Source: Octopus sinensis
Lineage: Eukaryota
Reading direction: 5' to 3'
DNA length: 64,000 nt
Assembly: GCF_006345805.1 (NCBI RefSeq)
Contig: NC_043015.1
Coordinates: 5,208,001 to 5,272,000, forward strand
Each line of letters starts with the position of its first letter. Position 1 is the first letter of the stretch. This document shows positions 37,201-50,400 of this stretch, in pieces. The notes beneath the pieces are model-generated. The model was not told where the DNA came from and did not search any database. It saw nothing but the letters and a program-made list of their open reading frames with translations. Position numbers and translations under genes: made by a program.

Positions 37201-38276
37201 TATGTTAAAGGAAATGTCCTCTTGAATTGTAAATTATTCCCTTTGAGATGAAGTGTACATCGCCTGAAACGCTTCTATTAGATAACCCCATTTATGACAT
37301 TACGATTGTAGGTATCCTGAATTTCCATAAACCTAGCATCATTGGATACCATGTTAATATCATATTGAATAAATTGACCATTTATTGATAAGAATAAGAA
37401 TCATTTCCCTCAAGCATTGTGTTATGATCTTCTGCAGCTGAGAAATCCTTTCGAACTTCTTACGGAAATAAAAGTTTATGATTTGGAATTCATAAGGCGA
37501 TAAATGGCATTTTATTGAATAAATTTCAAACTATGAAGCCCGTCTTTAAATAACCGTTAATAATGTAGTGAATACACGATATGACTGATTTGCATTTTAA
37601 GTAGCCATATGCAACTGACATCCGTGACACGATTATGATTCAAATCTTAGCAATTTTAACGTTGCTGATATTCAATTCGGTTTGTTTTCTTATAAACACA
37701 ACGCGAGATATGCGGATGAACGAGTCAACAGCCCACTCGACTGCGTAGCAATAAATAGATACCACAACTTAGGGGTTTTATTTGCATTAGCAAATACAGT
37801 AAAGCAGATGAGTTCCCAGTGGTGTGTTGAGTTATTCCAATTCCCACTTGTAACTGATATTTGTAGGTTGCTATATTCAGAGCAAGTTTATCTAGTATAG
37901 CCTTTCCACTTCAAATATAACAGGCCTCTGTGGAACCACAGAATTTCGAAACGAATCACTTAGATTATACTTCTCATTCATGATAATACATTCTCATTAG
38001 CATAGCATGTACATTAGAGCAAGTAAGCACTGTAGATTACCTATTTCTTGTTGGTTGATTCACATTGCTTTCTGAGATTGGCGGCTATTAGTCTGATTGC
38101 ACTCTTATCTATATTAATATTGTATTCCCACAATTAATTTTCATCGAAGTTACTACAACTGTCACACCATTTTCGCACCACAAATGAATCTTCCATGCCT
38201 GAGGTATAGCACAGACAACTAGAAACAACAAACCAGAATCACCCTAATTCTATAAAGGTATACCTTAAATTCAGCA

Positions 38277-38615
38277 AGGCAGCGACTGGCAGAATCGTTA
38301 GCGCGCCGGGCGAAATGCCTAGCGGTATTTCGTCTGCAGCTACGATATAAATGACTTAATCCGTTTGTCTGTCCTTGTTTGTCCTCTCTGTGTTTAGCCC
38401 CTTGTGGGTAGTAAAGAAATAGAAATAAGTATTACGTCTGCCGCTACGTTTTGAGTTCAGATTCCACCGAGTTCGACTTTGCCGTTCATCCTTTCGGGGT
38501 CGATTAAATAAGTACCAGTTACGCACTGGGGTCGATATAATCGACTTAATCTGTCCGTCTGTCTTTGTTTGTCCTCTCTGTGTTTAACCCCTTGTGGGTT
38601 GTGAAGAAATAGGTA
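38277..38615 (+). mobile_element. Family B SINEs (tandem/partial)
   Basis: aaggcagcgactggcagaatcgttagcgcgccgggcgaaatgc head plus the gtcgattaaataagtaccagttacgcactggggtcga core. Confidence 0.8.
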
Positions 38616-38953
38616 TGCCTTAAATTCAACCCGAAGTTGGCGAAATAACCTCCATGAAGTAAATAGGAACAGATTTAGCATAAATTACACGAAGACATAC
38701 TCAAAATAGAAAAAGACATTCTTAATAAAACAGTGAACACCCCAACTAAATTTATGCAGTTCATTGCCTTTCGTACAACATGAGAGCCAAAAATAGTGTG
38801 TCCTTCAATTTCCTAAAAATAGCAGCCGATACAACCGCTTAGATCGTGTGTCAGCTCAGTGAAGACAAAGGACATTGCGTGTAAAAACTCTCAATAGGAG
38901 AATCTATGTAAATACTATATATTGCTAACGTTAAAACAGTAGATAATCGCACA

Positions 38954-39012
<59 letters not shown>

Positions 39013-39139
39013 ACACACACACACAAACACGCACACACACATACACTAACAACATATACTTAGCTTCTACTGCACTGCATCTATGTACACTACATAGAAA
39101 CTGACTATCTCTAGAAACATGATATATGCCTATTTTTTT

Positions 39140-39350
39140 ACTACCCACAAGGGGCTAAACACAGAAGGGACAAACAAGGACAGGCAAACGGATTAAGTCG
39201 ATTATATCGACCCTAGTGCGTAACTGGTACACAATTTATCAACCCCGAAAGGATGAAAGGCAAAGACCTCGGCGGAAATTGAACTCAGAAAGCAACGGCA
39301 GGTGAAATATGGCTAGGCGTGCTAACGATTCTGCCAGCTCACCGCCTTAT
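39140..39350 (-). mobile_element. Family B SINE
   Basis: Reverse complement of the family B consensus seen elsewhere in the window. Confidence 0.8.
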
Positions 39351-39965
39351 CATGATATATACCTTATCCTTTTTCTCTGTCTCTACTACTTCAACCGCAA
39401 TCGCTTTTGCACTTAACTTCTCATACCAACACCCCTACACTACTCGTTTCAACCTACATAAAACCCACAAGCCTTTCAAATTCGCCCTACTAGCTTTGAA
39501 CCTCATTTATTTTCACCTGTCTGTGAGCGACTGCAAATAAATTGGTTTGCTACAATTAATCCTCCGACTGTATAATGATAAACACATTCCCTAATATCAA
39601 TGAAAGATTTGGAGAGCCATCAAATTTTACTACCTGTTAAATTGAAACTATGTATTTGCCTATGTTTAAAGAGATCACAAACTACTCCGCTGTCTTCAGA
39701 TCTCACGGCGTAAAACAGGCCACTAATGGTCCGTAACTAGATATAGTTTTCTGTTTTTGTTTTAAGATAGGTATGCAGGCATATCCTCGTGCCAATTTTG
39801 ATATTTAAATTAAGAAATGCATGCGCACTCGCTCCACATCCGGTATATTAATAACTAACTTTTAAAATGTGTTTAATGTTTAATCGACTCCTTCCCGATT
39901 GGAAATGCATTACTTCACAATAAAAACTCCACAAACACTTCGTCAGAAAACCCAAAACGATATAT

Positions 39966-39978
39966 TCATGTATTATTA

Positions 39979-40020
<42 letters not shown>

Positions 40021-40375
40021 ACCGTCGTTATCATCATCATCATCGTCGTTGTTATTGTCTTCATCATGATAATCATTATTATTATTATTGTTATTATTTC
40101 TGTTGTTATTATTATTATTATTATTATTATAATCATCATCATCGTCCTCATCACCATCATCGTTATCATCATCATCGACGTCGTCGTTGTTGTCGTCGTC
40201 AATGTCGCCATCATGATAATCATTATTATTATTATTTTTATTGTTATTATTATTATTATTATTATCAATACTATTATTATTACTTTATGGTTCATTTGTG
40301 TATGTGGCAACAACAGAGTGTAGTAGGCAGTGGAAGCAGAAGCAGTAGCAACCATAGTAGTAGTAGTAGTAAGTG
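39966..40375. repeat. Compound trinucleotide repeat (ATT/ATC/GTC/GTT/AGT)n
   Basis: Seen directly. It generates the Ile/Thr/Met-rich 137-aa and 85-aa ORFs. Confidence 0.95.
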
Positions 40376-40827
40376 GCATTGAAGCGTTGTTGTATTTGTT
40401 CCAGTAGATCGGTTGACATGTTCCCTAAAAATCCTATTTCGTAAATTTTATGTTCTCCAACGAAGTAGGAATCCTGTTAAATAGATTTCAAAGAGAGAAA
40501 TTCTATAATATATATAACACCAAAGATTTTATATGCAATGTCAAATGATCTGATTATTTTATGTGCTTCAATAAATAGGACTATTCTCCTGGTTTAAAAA
40601 TCTATAATATATACATATATATGTATGTAGATGTGTAAGCGTACATTTGTGTCTCTTTATCTGTATGTACGTGAGTGTATGTGTGTCTATGTGTGTGTGC
40701 ATGTGCATGTTGTGTACATATATACATAAATATATGTATATTCTAATAACTATACATATGTATTTATACATATATAGCTGAGTATATGCAAGCTTATATA
40801 TATATAAATATAAATATATAAATATTA

Positions 40828-40897
<70 letters not shown>

Positions 40898-41586
40898 TAT
40901 ATACGCACGTACATATAGAAATACTTATACATATATACCTATGTATAGATATATATATATGTATGTGTGTAAGAATACGTGCAAGTATGTACATATATGT
41001 GTGTGTATGTCTGTTTGTGTGTGTATGGTTGTGTGTGTGCGTAAGTGTGAGTGTGTGAGTGCATGTATGTGTATGTGTGTGTGCGTATCTGTGTGTGTGT
41101 GTGTGTGTAATCATATACGGGAAATAGCTGTTAAGTTTTCCACTTTGAAAAGAAAATGGACACATTTACTTTCAGGATATAAAATTCTAAACGTTACAGA
41201 TTCAGAGAGAAGAATAGCATAAGACAGAGTATTAATGAATTTTATATGGATTTCATGTCTTTATTTTAGTAGAATACATCATTAAATGGGAATCGATGAA
41301 GAAATAAATTAAATACTGGTATGTTTGCTGTGCGAGTCAGATTTACATTAAAAATTTGTCAAATTATAAAAGTATTCGTGTGATATTTTATTTATTAAAC
41401 GCTTTGATCTACCGCAAGCAAAGTGTTATAATATTTACTACATATATTAGAAGAATGCATATATTACTTTTGGGTTTAAAAAATGAGTAGTATAGAGAAG
41501 TATAGTATCCAAGTATGAAAAAGATATCAGTTATGTATACAACTATGTATACATGTTTTCTATCTATCTATCTATCTATCACTCTC

Positions 41587-41671
<85 letters not shown>

Positions 41672-41701
41672 ACATACATATGTTCATATATATATACGTA
41701 C

Positions 41702-41746
<45 letters not shown>

Positions 41747-41794
41747 TGTGAGTGTGTGTATGTGCGTGTATGTGTGTGTGTGCATGTGTGCATT

Positions 41795-42210
41795 CTTTTA
41801 TTCCTATATTCGTTTACTTGTTTCTGTCTCTTGATTGTAGACATGCTGGAGCACCACCTTAAGGGGTTGTTTAGTCGAACAAATTGAACCCAATACTTAT
41901 ATTTTTTTGCAAACCTAGTTAGTAGTAATTTCTTTGCCTAACCGCTAAGTTACGGGGAAGGAAACACACCAGCATCGGTTGTCAAGCCCATAGAGGTGGT
42001 GGGACAAACACAAATATAAATAGATAAATACACACACCGACGCACACGCACGCTGACGCACACAGAAATATATACAACTGGATAGTTTTTGCTTCCGTGT
42101 AACAAATCCACTCGTTTGGCTAGAGTCGGCCCATGGCTACAACAAAAGAGAGATGCCCAAGCTGCTACGCAGTTGAAATGAAAATCGAACCATGGGATCA
42201 GGAAACAAGC
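41795..42210. mobile_element. Family C SINE-like composite
   Basis: gacatgctggagcaccacc...gaaccgctaagttacgggga..aaacacaccagcatcggttgtcaag, followed by a minus-strand tRNA-like head. Confidence 0.65.
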
Positions 42211-42262
42211 ATTTTATATATAAATATGAGTGTTAGTGTGTGTTTATATATATATATATATG

Positions 42263-42312
<50 letters not shown>

Positions 42313-42433
42313 TATATGTATAATCATATCAAAGGGAAATGGAATTTAATTAAATTTAAAATATTCAATCAAAATTTACATTTCCAGTGGTCTAATGTGC
42401 AAAAAAAATTAGCCAAGAAGACTATATATTAGT

Positions 42434-42613
42434 TATACGATATAGTGCATATTTATACACATAAGGAATCCACTTAGAGTGAGATTCAACACATTAGAGT
42501 TATAGAACCTAGATGTTTTCTCTAACGTGTTGAATCTCACACTAAGTGGATTCCTTATTTTTTATTTTTTTTTTTTTTTAATAAATATGTATAAATATGC
42601 ACTATATCGTATA
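42434..42613. repeat. MITE-like hairpin with a poly-T insertion in one arm
   Basis: tatacgatatagtgcatatttatac..ataaggaatccacttag.gtgagattcaacac vs gtgttgaatctcacactaagtggattccttat..gtataaatatgcactatatcgtata. Confidence 0.85.
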
Positions 42614-42773
42614 AATATATGTATATGTATGTGTATGTATGTATTTATATATGTATGCTATAAAATGGCTTGAAATGCAGTCTTTATTTTAAAAAGTCAT
42701 TACAATTGTTTCTGCATATCCTTGCATCTCTTGTTCATTGGTGAGATATTATATTTGATATCTTGCTTTATCA

Positions 42774-43530
42774 AGGCGGTGAGCTGGCAGAGACGTTAGC
42801 ACGCCGGGCGAAATTCTTAGCGGTATTTCGTCTGCCGTTACGTTCCGAGTTCAAATTCCGCCGAGGTCGACTTTGCCTTTCATCCTTTCGGGTTCGATAA
42901 ATTAAGTACCAGTTACGCACTGGGGTCGATATTATCGACTTAATCCAACTGTCTGTCCTTGTTAGTGTCCTCTGTGTTTAGATCCTTGTGGGTAGTAAAG
43001 AAATAGGTATTTCATCTGCCGCTACATTCTGTGTTCAAATTCCGCCGAGGTCGACTTTGCCTTTCATCCTTTCGGAGTCGATAGATTAAGTACCAGTTAG
43101 GCATTGGGGGCAATGTAATCGACTTAATTCCTTTGCCTGTCAATGTTTTCCCCCTCTGTGTTTAGCCTCTTGTGGGCAATAAAGAAATAAGAAACGTTAA
43201 TACACCGGGCGAATGGCTTAACGGTAATTCGTCTGCCGCTACGTTCTGAGTTCAAATTCCGCCGAGGTTGACTTTGTCTTTCATCCTTTTGGGGTCGATA
43301 AATTAAGTACCAGTTAAACATTGGGGTCGATGTAATCGACTTAATTCGTTTGTCTTTCCTTGTTTGTCCCCTCTATGTTTAACCCTTTGTGGGTAATAAT
43401 GAAACAGTTATTCCGTCTGTCTTTGCGTTCTGAGTTCAAATTCCGCCAAGATTGACTTTGCCTTTCATTCTTTCGTGATCGATAGATTAAGTATCAGATG
43501 CGTACAGGGATTGATCTAATCGACAGGTCT
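42774..43530 (+). mobile_element. Four tandem family B SINE units
   Basis: The core ttctgagttcaaattccgccgaggtcgactttgcctttcatcctttcgg repeats about every 180-210 bp. Confidence 0.85.
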
Positions 43531-44079
43531 CCTCTCCAACAATTTTGGACCTTGTGCCAAGAATAGAAAATAATATTTTTTTGTTATCCCCATTGTCATT
43601 CAAACGTGTAAGATACATTTAGTTAGGTGTTTTGTTTAAAATAGATCCATCTTTTCTCGCCTAATCATACTGTCGTTTTACTTTGTAAGGGAGCGAGTAC
43701 CAAAAGCAGTGTGTTACTTGCAGCAATTTGGATCCACACATGTATATAAATTCGAGTTTACCACAATATAGGAAAATGTAATAATCATTATTTGAACCTT
43801 GTCTTATACACACACGTGCGCGCGCGTCCACACTTACACACATCTATACATTTTAACTGAATAGCTCCATTTTCCTGAACTCAGAGTTGTTCATTGCGAT
43901 CATTTATTGGTAAACTGAATCTACTTTTGGATTGACTGCCTTCAGTCAGAGTATTGTTTGAGATAAGAAATGAAAGTTTGAAAGAAACGCTTATCCTTAT
44001 GTTCTTTCGTTTCAAAACATGCGAAAACGGCCGTGAAACAGTGTGTGCGGCTGCTCTATGTATTGGTATTTGTGGTGAC

Positions 44080-45503
44080 GCTATTGAAGATTGCGTGTGG
44101 ACTTATAGATAATGGTGTGTGGTGTGTCTGGTGGAAAGTGGTCGATACTAGTGTGTATGCAGTGGGGATGTGTGGAAAGATGTGGTACGTTTGTGTGTAA
44201 TGGTGTGTGAAATGAGTGATGAACTGAATAGTGTGTATGGGTATGTAATAGTGCGGGTGTGGTGAGTGTACCGAGGTAGGCGTTATGCAAATGTGTAGTA
44301 GTAGGGGTTATTTCAATATGGGAGGAGTGTGGGAATCCGTGTAGGATGAAGAGAGGAGGTATGTTGAGCCCAAGCGAGAGGAGGTGAGCAACCAAACGGC
44401 ATCCAGTTTGACCAACGTACAGCGAAGGACAGACAGATCAGGAGCTGCAGTAAAGAACATTGCTAAAGATACAGGTAAAGGAGTTGGTGACGTGACAGTG
44501 AAGGTGGTGGGTGACTGTGAAGACGGTGGTTTTAGAGATGTTGGGGCAGGTACGTCAGCGTGGACGGTAGCAAGGGAAGGAGGCAGGCTGGAAAGTGGGG
44601 ATAGGGAAGAAACTTTGGACCAAGAGATCAAACAAGTTATGGGTTCGGTTGAGGGAGGGAATTGGTAGGTTTAGGGAAGATGTGTGAGGTGGAGGGGTCA
44701 TACTGGTGTCCCGGAAGGGTTAGAGAATTGTGTGCGTTTGATTGGTATAGTGTAGGGGTGGTAGGTGACTGTAAATGCCAGACTGTTAAGGGTAGGGAGG
44801 GTACCAACAGAAAAAGCCGAACCACAGTCTATAGATCGTGCGCAGCAAGGCCAGTGTGGATATTGGTGAAGAGATATCCATGTAGGATGAAATGGTGAGC
44901 CATGAGTTGAGACTCAGCCTCAATGTCATGGTTGTCACTGCAGACCCTGCGTAGACGGACGAATTGTTTGTAGGGGGTGAAGAGTTCGGTGTGGGTAGGG
45001 TACTAGGTGGAGAATGTGAGGTAAGAGTGTGTGTCAGTGTGTTTGTAGTGAGATAGTGAGAGGTAGTAACGGCAGAGTGGTGTATACGGACAGAAATGTC
45101 GGAAAATTCGACGGGAGCGTTAGAGATAGAACAGAAAAAATCGAGTGTAAGATGGAAGAATTTTACAAACGTGAGAAGGAGTCCTGTTGTTCACGGGAGT
45201 GTGAGGTCGCGACTATATAGTCATCGATATAACGACTGTATAGCTCGGGAGAGAAACCAGTGAAAATGAGAATATTTGTGCCTCAGCGTGGCCAACGAAG
45301 AGGTTCGCATATTTGGGGCCCATTAATTTTACCATGGCCAATTACCTGACCTATTGATAAAATTCCCCCGCCACGGGAACCAGTTGAGGGATAGGCAAGT
45401 TCGGCCAGACGAAGAAGTGTGGAGGTATCAGGCTGGGGGTCAGGCCGAAGGTCAAGGAAGTGTTTACAAAGAAGTCCCTCGTTGTGTGTGACCACCGTAT
45501 ACA
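44080..45503 (-). mobile_element. 5'-truncated Penelope-like retroelement (RT plus C-terminal GIY-YIG; Neptune/Poseidon-type architecture), pseudogenised
   Basis: Minus-strand frames: THNEGL..KHFLDLRPDPQPDTSTLLRLAEL, MGPKYANLFVG, LYSRYIDD (45220-45231), KQFVRLRRVCSD and SNVLYC..LYVGQTGCRL (44404-44464). Confidence 0.88.
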
Positions 45504-45530
45504 ATCTTTGACCGTTAAGAATGAACAGAA

Positions 45531-45703
45531 TTTAAACAAAAATTAATGATTCATTGTAAACATTGCCTCTAAATGCGACGTAAAGTAATGGAAGTCATAA
45601 ATTGTGTACATAAACACCAATATATATATAAAGGATTGTTTCTCTATATTGTCCATCGCCGTGACCGTTGTGGTCGTTTATCATATTAATAGTCCTAGGT
45701 ACC
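45531..45703 (+). repeat. ~173-bp repeat, inverted partner of 53160-53332
   Basis: ggattgtttctctatattgtccatcgc.gtgaccgttgtggtcgtttatcatattaatagtcctaggtacc matches the reverse complement of 53160 onward. Confidence 0.9.
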
Positions 45704-47160
45704 AGGCGGGAAGGAGAAAAATTTAAAACAAAGGAGAGCATGATTTTCAACTCTTAACGTCCTCTGACAAGGTTGAAAAATATAAATAATAAATGCGTGG
45801 AAATCGAACCGGTGAATACCTTAGATAATAGGCCTGAAGACAATATGACACCCCTCAGACGCAACGTAATTTGCTTCAACATACGAATTCACACAATGAA
45901 TCTTGAAAACCAAATATAAAAATGTAATATTTTAAATGGGTTTTCAGAAGAAATATTGTATTTTTTGTTATAGATTATTTCCGTAAAAGTTGCTGGGCGT
46001 CAGAAGTTTTATTTCTAAAATCATTTTAAGGAAAGCACCTACTAGCTAATTCTAATTCTATACTTACTGTGTCTCATATTATACTTATTGATTAGTGTTT
46101 TGGAAGATATCGTATACATTCATATTCTAAATGGTTTGTTTAGGTAGTCATTGTAGTACATTTAACTGTCGTGAAAGACTTCTTAATCGGCAGAGTAAAT
46201 TTTAACTACATTTCCGATATTTTTTAATAGCAGTTAGCTGCTTCGTTTTCCTGTTTACTTATTTTATTCTTCTCAGGGAGGATGTAGTATAGGGAAATTT
46301 TCGCGTTTAATATTGCAGAAAAGTTTGTGATTTTAAGATTAGCATAAAGTTTTATAGATAACCTATTATAGAGTTTGAAATAGAAATGTCTTTTAATACT
46401 ATATTGTTTCCTCTAAAAATATGTTTTCTTTACAAATGAGATCATAATCTCAATAAGAGCTTATTTCCTTTCTATTAATATTTTTTTGCAGATTTCTTAA
46501 TAATCAATGCAAACAAATGAGTGACCCCTATAAATTCACGAGAAAAAACATTAATATCAAGTGGCAAATTTGATAATTTGATTGTTTCTCCGGCAATGCA
46601 TAAATCTTATTTTAATCTCGTAATGGCTCTCATTGAGTGCAACGTAATTTCTAGTTCATTTTCAGATATACTAGTCAATATTTTGGTTTTCTTTTGAAAT
46701 TTAAGACATTAATTACAAGCGATTGTAATAGAGGTATTTCATATTGTCTAACGTCAACATGTAAGTATCTTCCATTACTGACTGGATAATTATGTTATAT
46801 TATATTATATTACATATAAATATATAAATGTAATTACAATGCAAATTTCAATCATCGTCGGATAAAAAGATTGATTACATGAAAGTTTATCTTGAAATCA
46901 AAAGTGCCTTGTGTTCATTGAAAATTGGTTACTTTGGACTGAACTGTCCACTTCCGTGATTCAATAATATAGTCAAGGTACATCAGAAATAGATGTCCTC
47001 CTGAAGACGTTAAATGCATATTTCGATATGTAGATATGGTATGTCTGTTAGCACGCCGGAGAAAATCATTGGTCGTATTTCGTCCATCTTTACTTTCGTA
47101 ATACTCCAAGTTCAGTTTTGCCATAAATCCTTTCGGGATTGTTAAGATAGGAACCATCCT

Positions 47161-47460
47161 GTGGAGGCACATGGCCTAGTGGTTAGAGCAGCGGACTCGC
47201 AGTGGGGGGATCGTGGGTTCGAATCTGAGACCGGACGATGTGTGTGTTTATGAGCGAAACACCTAAGCTCCACGCAGCTCCGGCAGAAGGTAATAGCGAA
47301 CTTCTGCTAACTCTTTCGCCACAACTTTCTCTCACTCTTTCCTCTTGCATCTTTCAGCTCACCTGCGATGGACCGGCGTCCCGTCCTGGTGGGGAACCTA
47401 TACGTCAAGAAACCTGGAAACCGGCCCTTATGTGCCAGGCATGGCTCGTGAAGGAGCAAA
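47161..47460 (+). mobile_element. tRNA-derived SINE (family A)
   Basis: gtggaggcacatggcctagtggttagagcagcggactcg...gggttcgaatc head and the family body. Confidence 0.85.
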
Positions 47461-47479
47461 CAGCAAGAACTAAAATAGG

Positions 47480-50400
47480 AACCAGCTGTGTATTAGGGTG
47501 GATGTAGCTACTGGTAACATGTAACCCAGTACAACCTGTGACATGGTCGGGTCGTTGGCGACTAAACTGGCAACCCCACCAAGATTTCTTGGTGAGGAGG
47601 GTGATTTGGACACCCAGCAGGACTAAAAACAAAACCTGTCAAAGGGCAGAGGAACTCTCTCATGAGTCAATGGCCATCCAAAATCCGGAGTGGAGCCCCT
47701 AAGGCGGTTTGATTGCGCCATGCGTGCCACCTTCCGGCAGCTCCTGCATCTTGGTCTACCCCCAGTCGTCTTGACTTTGTCTTGCCACTGGATCCGGCGC
47801 ACCAGGACGAGAGAGTGAGGCTGATCCTGCGCAAGTCACCCTCACTATAATCCAAGTCACGCGCATGTCACGACATCATGACGCCATGACACCATCCCAA
47901 AGTCCTGTGGCGATGGGGAAACGGCGAAGTAGCAGGTGAGGATACACTGGGAGCTGCAGTCGTGAACCCACACACAGGCGGCTCAGGACATGTGGTCGCC
48001 CCTCACTGAACTGAGGCAGCAGTGGAGTCCGGCAGCCTCCTGAGTGACCGAGCAGCCCTCTTCAGGATCGCTCTGCTTGCCTCCCCAGCATGAGGACGGG
48101 GCTAGAAAAGGTTGCCCTAAACATAGCCTGCCTCACCTCACCCTGGTCAGCAAACCGCGGCTGGCGGGGATCCTTCCAAGCGGTCGAAACAAAGAAAGAA
48201 GAAAACAAACAAAGGTGCTCACTTTCGCAACTTGGAACGTGAGAACTCTGCTTGACAACACCAAAGCGGACAGAGACCAGAGACGAACTGCCCTGGTGGC
48301 CAGAGAACTGAGCCGATACAGTGTCGATATTGCAGCACTGAGCGAGACCCGCCTTGCGGACAAAGGCCAGCTGACAGAGACAGGCGGCGGCTACACTTTC
48401 TTTTGGAGTGGTCGCAGCAGCGAAGAGCGTCGTGAGGCTGGTGTTGGTTTTGCCATTAAGTCAGTACACACGTGCGGAAACTGGAAAGCCCCCCCGAGGG
48501 TATCAACGATCGGCTGATGAAGATGCAGCTCCCACTTGGAAACAAGACTAGTGCGACCATCATCAGTGCTTACGCCCCCACCATGACCAACCCTGAAGAA
48601 GTTAAGGACAGGTTCTATGAGGAACTCGACTCCCTCATCACGTCAGCCCCCTGGGAAGCTCATCCTCCTTGGGATTTTAACGCCCGTGTCGGGACTGACC
48701 ACCAAGCCTGGCATCGCGTACTGGGAAAGCAAGGAATCGGAAAGTGCAACAGCAACGGACAGCTCCTCCTGCGTGCGTGTGCCTCTCATGATCTTACCAT
48801 CGCCAACACCTTGTTCCGTCTGCCAACACGCAACAAGACATCATGGATGCATCCACGCTCCAAACACTGGCATCTGATAGATTACGTCATCGTCAGGGCG
48901 AAAGACAGGCGGGACGTGAGACTGGTCAAAGCCATGTGCGGAGCTGACTGCTGGACGGACCATCGCCTCATCATCTCCAGGATGGATTTCTACATCCGAC
49001 CTAAGAGAAGACCACAGGGTCAGAAAGTGACGAGAAAGCTTAACATCACGAAATTAAAGAACCAGCTGACTGCACAAGATCTCCAGTCACGTATGGACAG
49101 TAAGCTGTTGGACATTCGGAGTGACCAGTCCAGCATCGATGAGCAGTGGGAATCATTCAGGGACACGGTTCATTCCATCGCCTTTGAAACTCTGGCCAAA
49201 TTACGAGGACCACCAGGACTGGTTCGACGAAAACGACCAGGAAATCCAAAAGCTCCTGGAAGAGAAACGCCGTCTGCTACGGGCTCACCAAAACGACACC
49301 ACCTGCACGGCAAAGAAGGCCGCTTTCAACAACATTCGCAGCACAGTCCAGGCTAAACTCCGCCTCATGCAAGACGCATGGTTAAGCGCCAAGGCGGATG
49401 AGATTCAGGGATACGCAGACAAACACGACACCAAGAAATTCTACGAGGCGCTGAAAGCTGTCTATGGACCGCAGTTCTCCGTTGGATCAACCCCCCTGCT
49501 CAGCTCAGATGAACCTCACTCCTGACTAACAAGAGGCTGATCCTGGAGAGATGGCGGAGCACTTCAACATCGTGCTCAACCGACCAGCCCAGATCAACGA
49601 GGAAGCCATCGCACGACTCCCCCAGGTGCCGACAAACCACGGGTTGGCTGTTCCCCCTGCAGTCGAGGAAGTGAGCAGAGCCATCAAAAAAATGTCTACC
49701 GGCAAAGCTCCAGGCTCTGACGCCATCCCTGCAAGGTGTTTTCAAGTCGGGCGGCCCCACCATGATCAGTCAGCTCACCAGCCTGTTCCAGTCGATGTGG
49801 GACAGGAACAACTCCCTCAAGATTTCCGGGACGCAACAATCGTCCACATTTATAAGCGGAAAGGAGATCGGCAGTCCTGCGACAACCCCGAGGTATTCCC
49901 TCTTGTCCATAGCAGGCAAGATCATGGCCCGGGTCCTGCTTGACCGCCTTCTGGAACACTTGGAGCAAGGCCTTCTCCCTGAGAGCCAGTGTGGCTTCCG
50001 TGCGGGTCGAGGGACCACTGACATGATATTCGCCGCCCGCCAGCTCCAGGAGAAATGCATGGAGCAGCACCTTGACCTCTGCATGACCTTTGTTGACCTC
50101 ACCAAGGCCTTTGATACAGTCAGTCGGGAGGGACTATGGAAGGTCATGGAAAATTTGGTTGCCCCAGCAAATTTATTGCAATTGTCCGCCAGTTCCACAA
50201 CGGAATGACAGCCAGAATCCTTGAAGACGGCGACTCATCTGAAGCCTTCCAGGTGACCAACGGAGTCAGGCAGGGCTGTGTCCTGGCCCAACACTGTTCA
50301 GCATCATGTTCTCGGCAATGATGTCCGACGCCTTTAGGGACTGCAAGTCCGGTATCAACATCAAGTACAGGACAGACGGGAAACTTTTCAACTCCAGGAG

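Noticed and set aside
39966-40379. 137-aa Ile/Thr/Met-rich ORF
   Set aside because: Arises from stop-free trinucleotide repeats.
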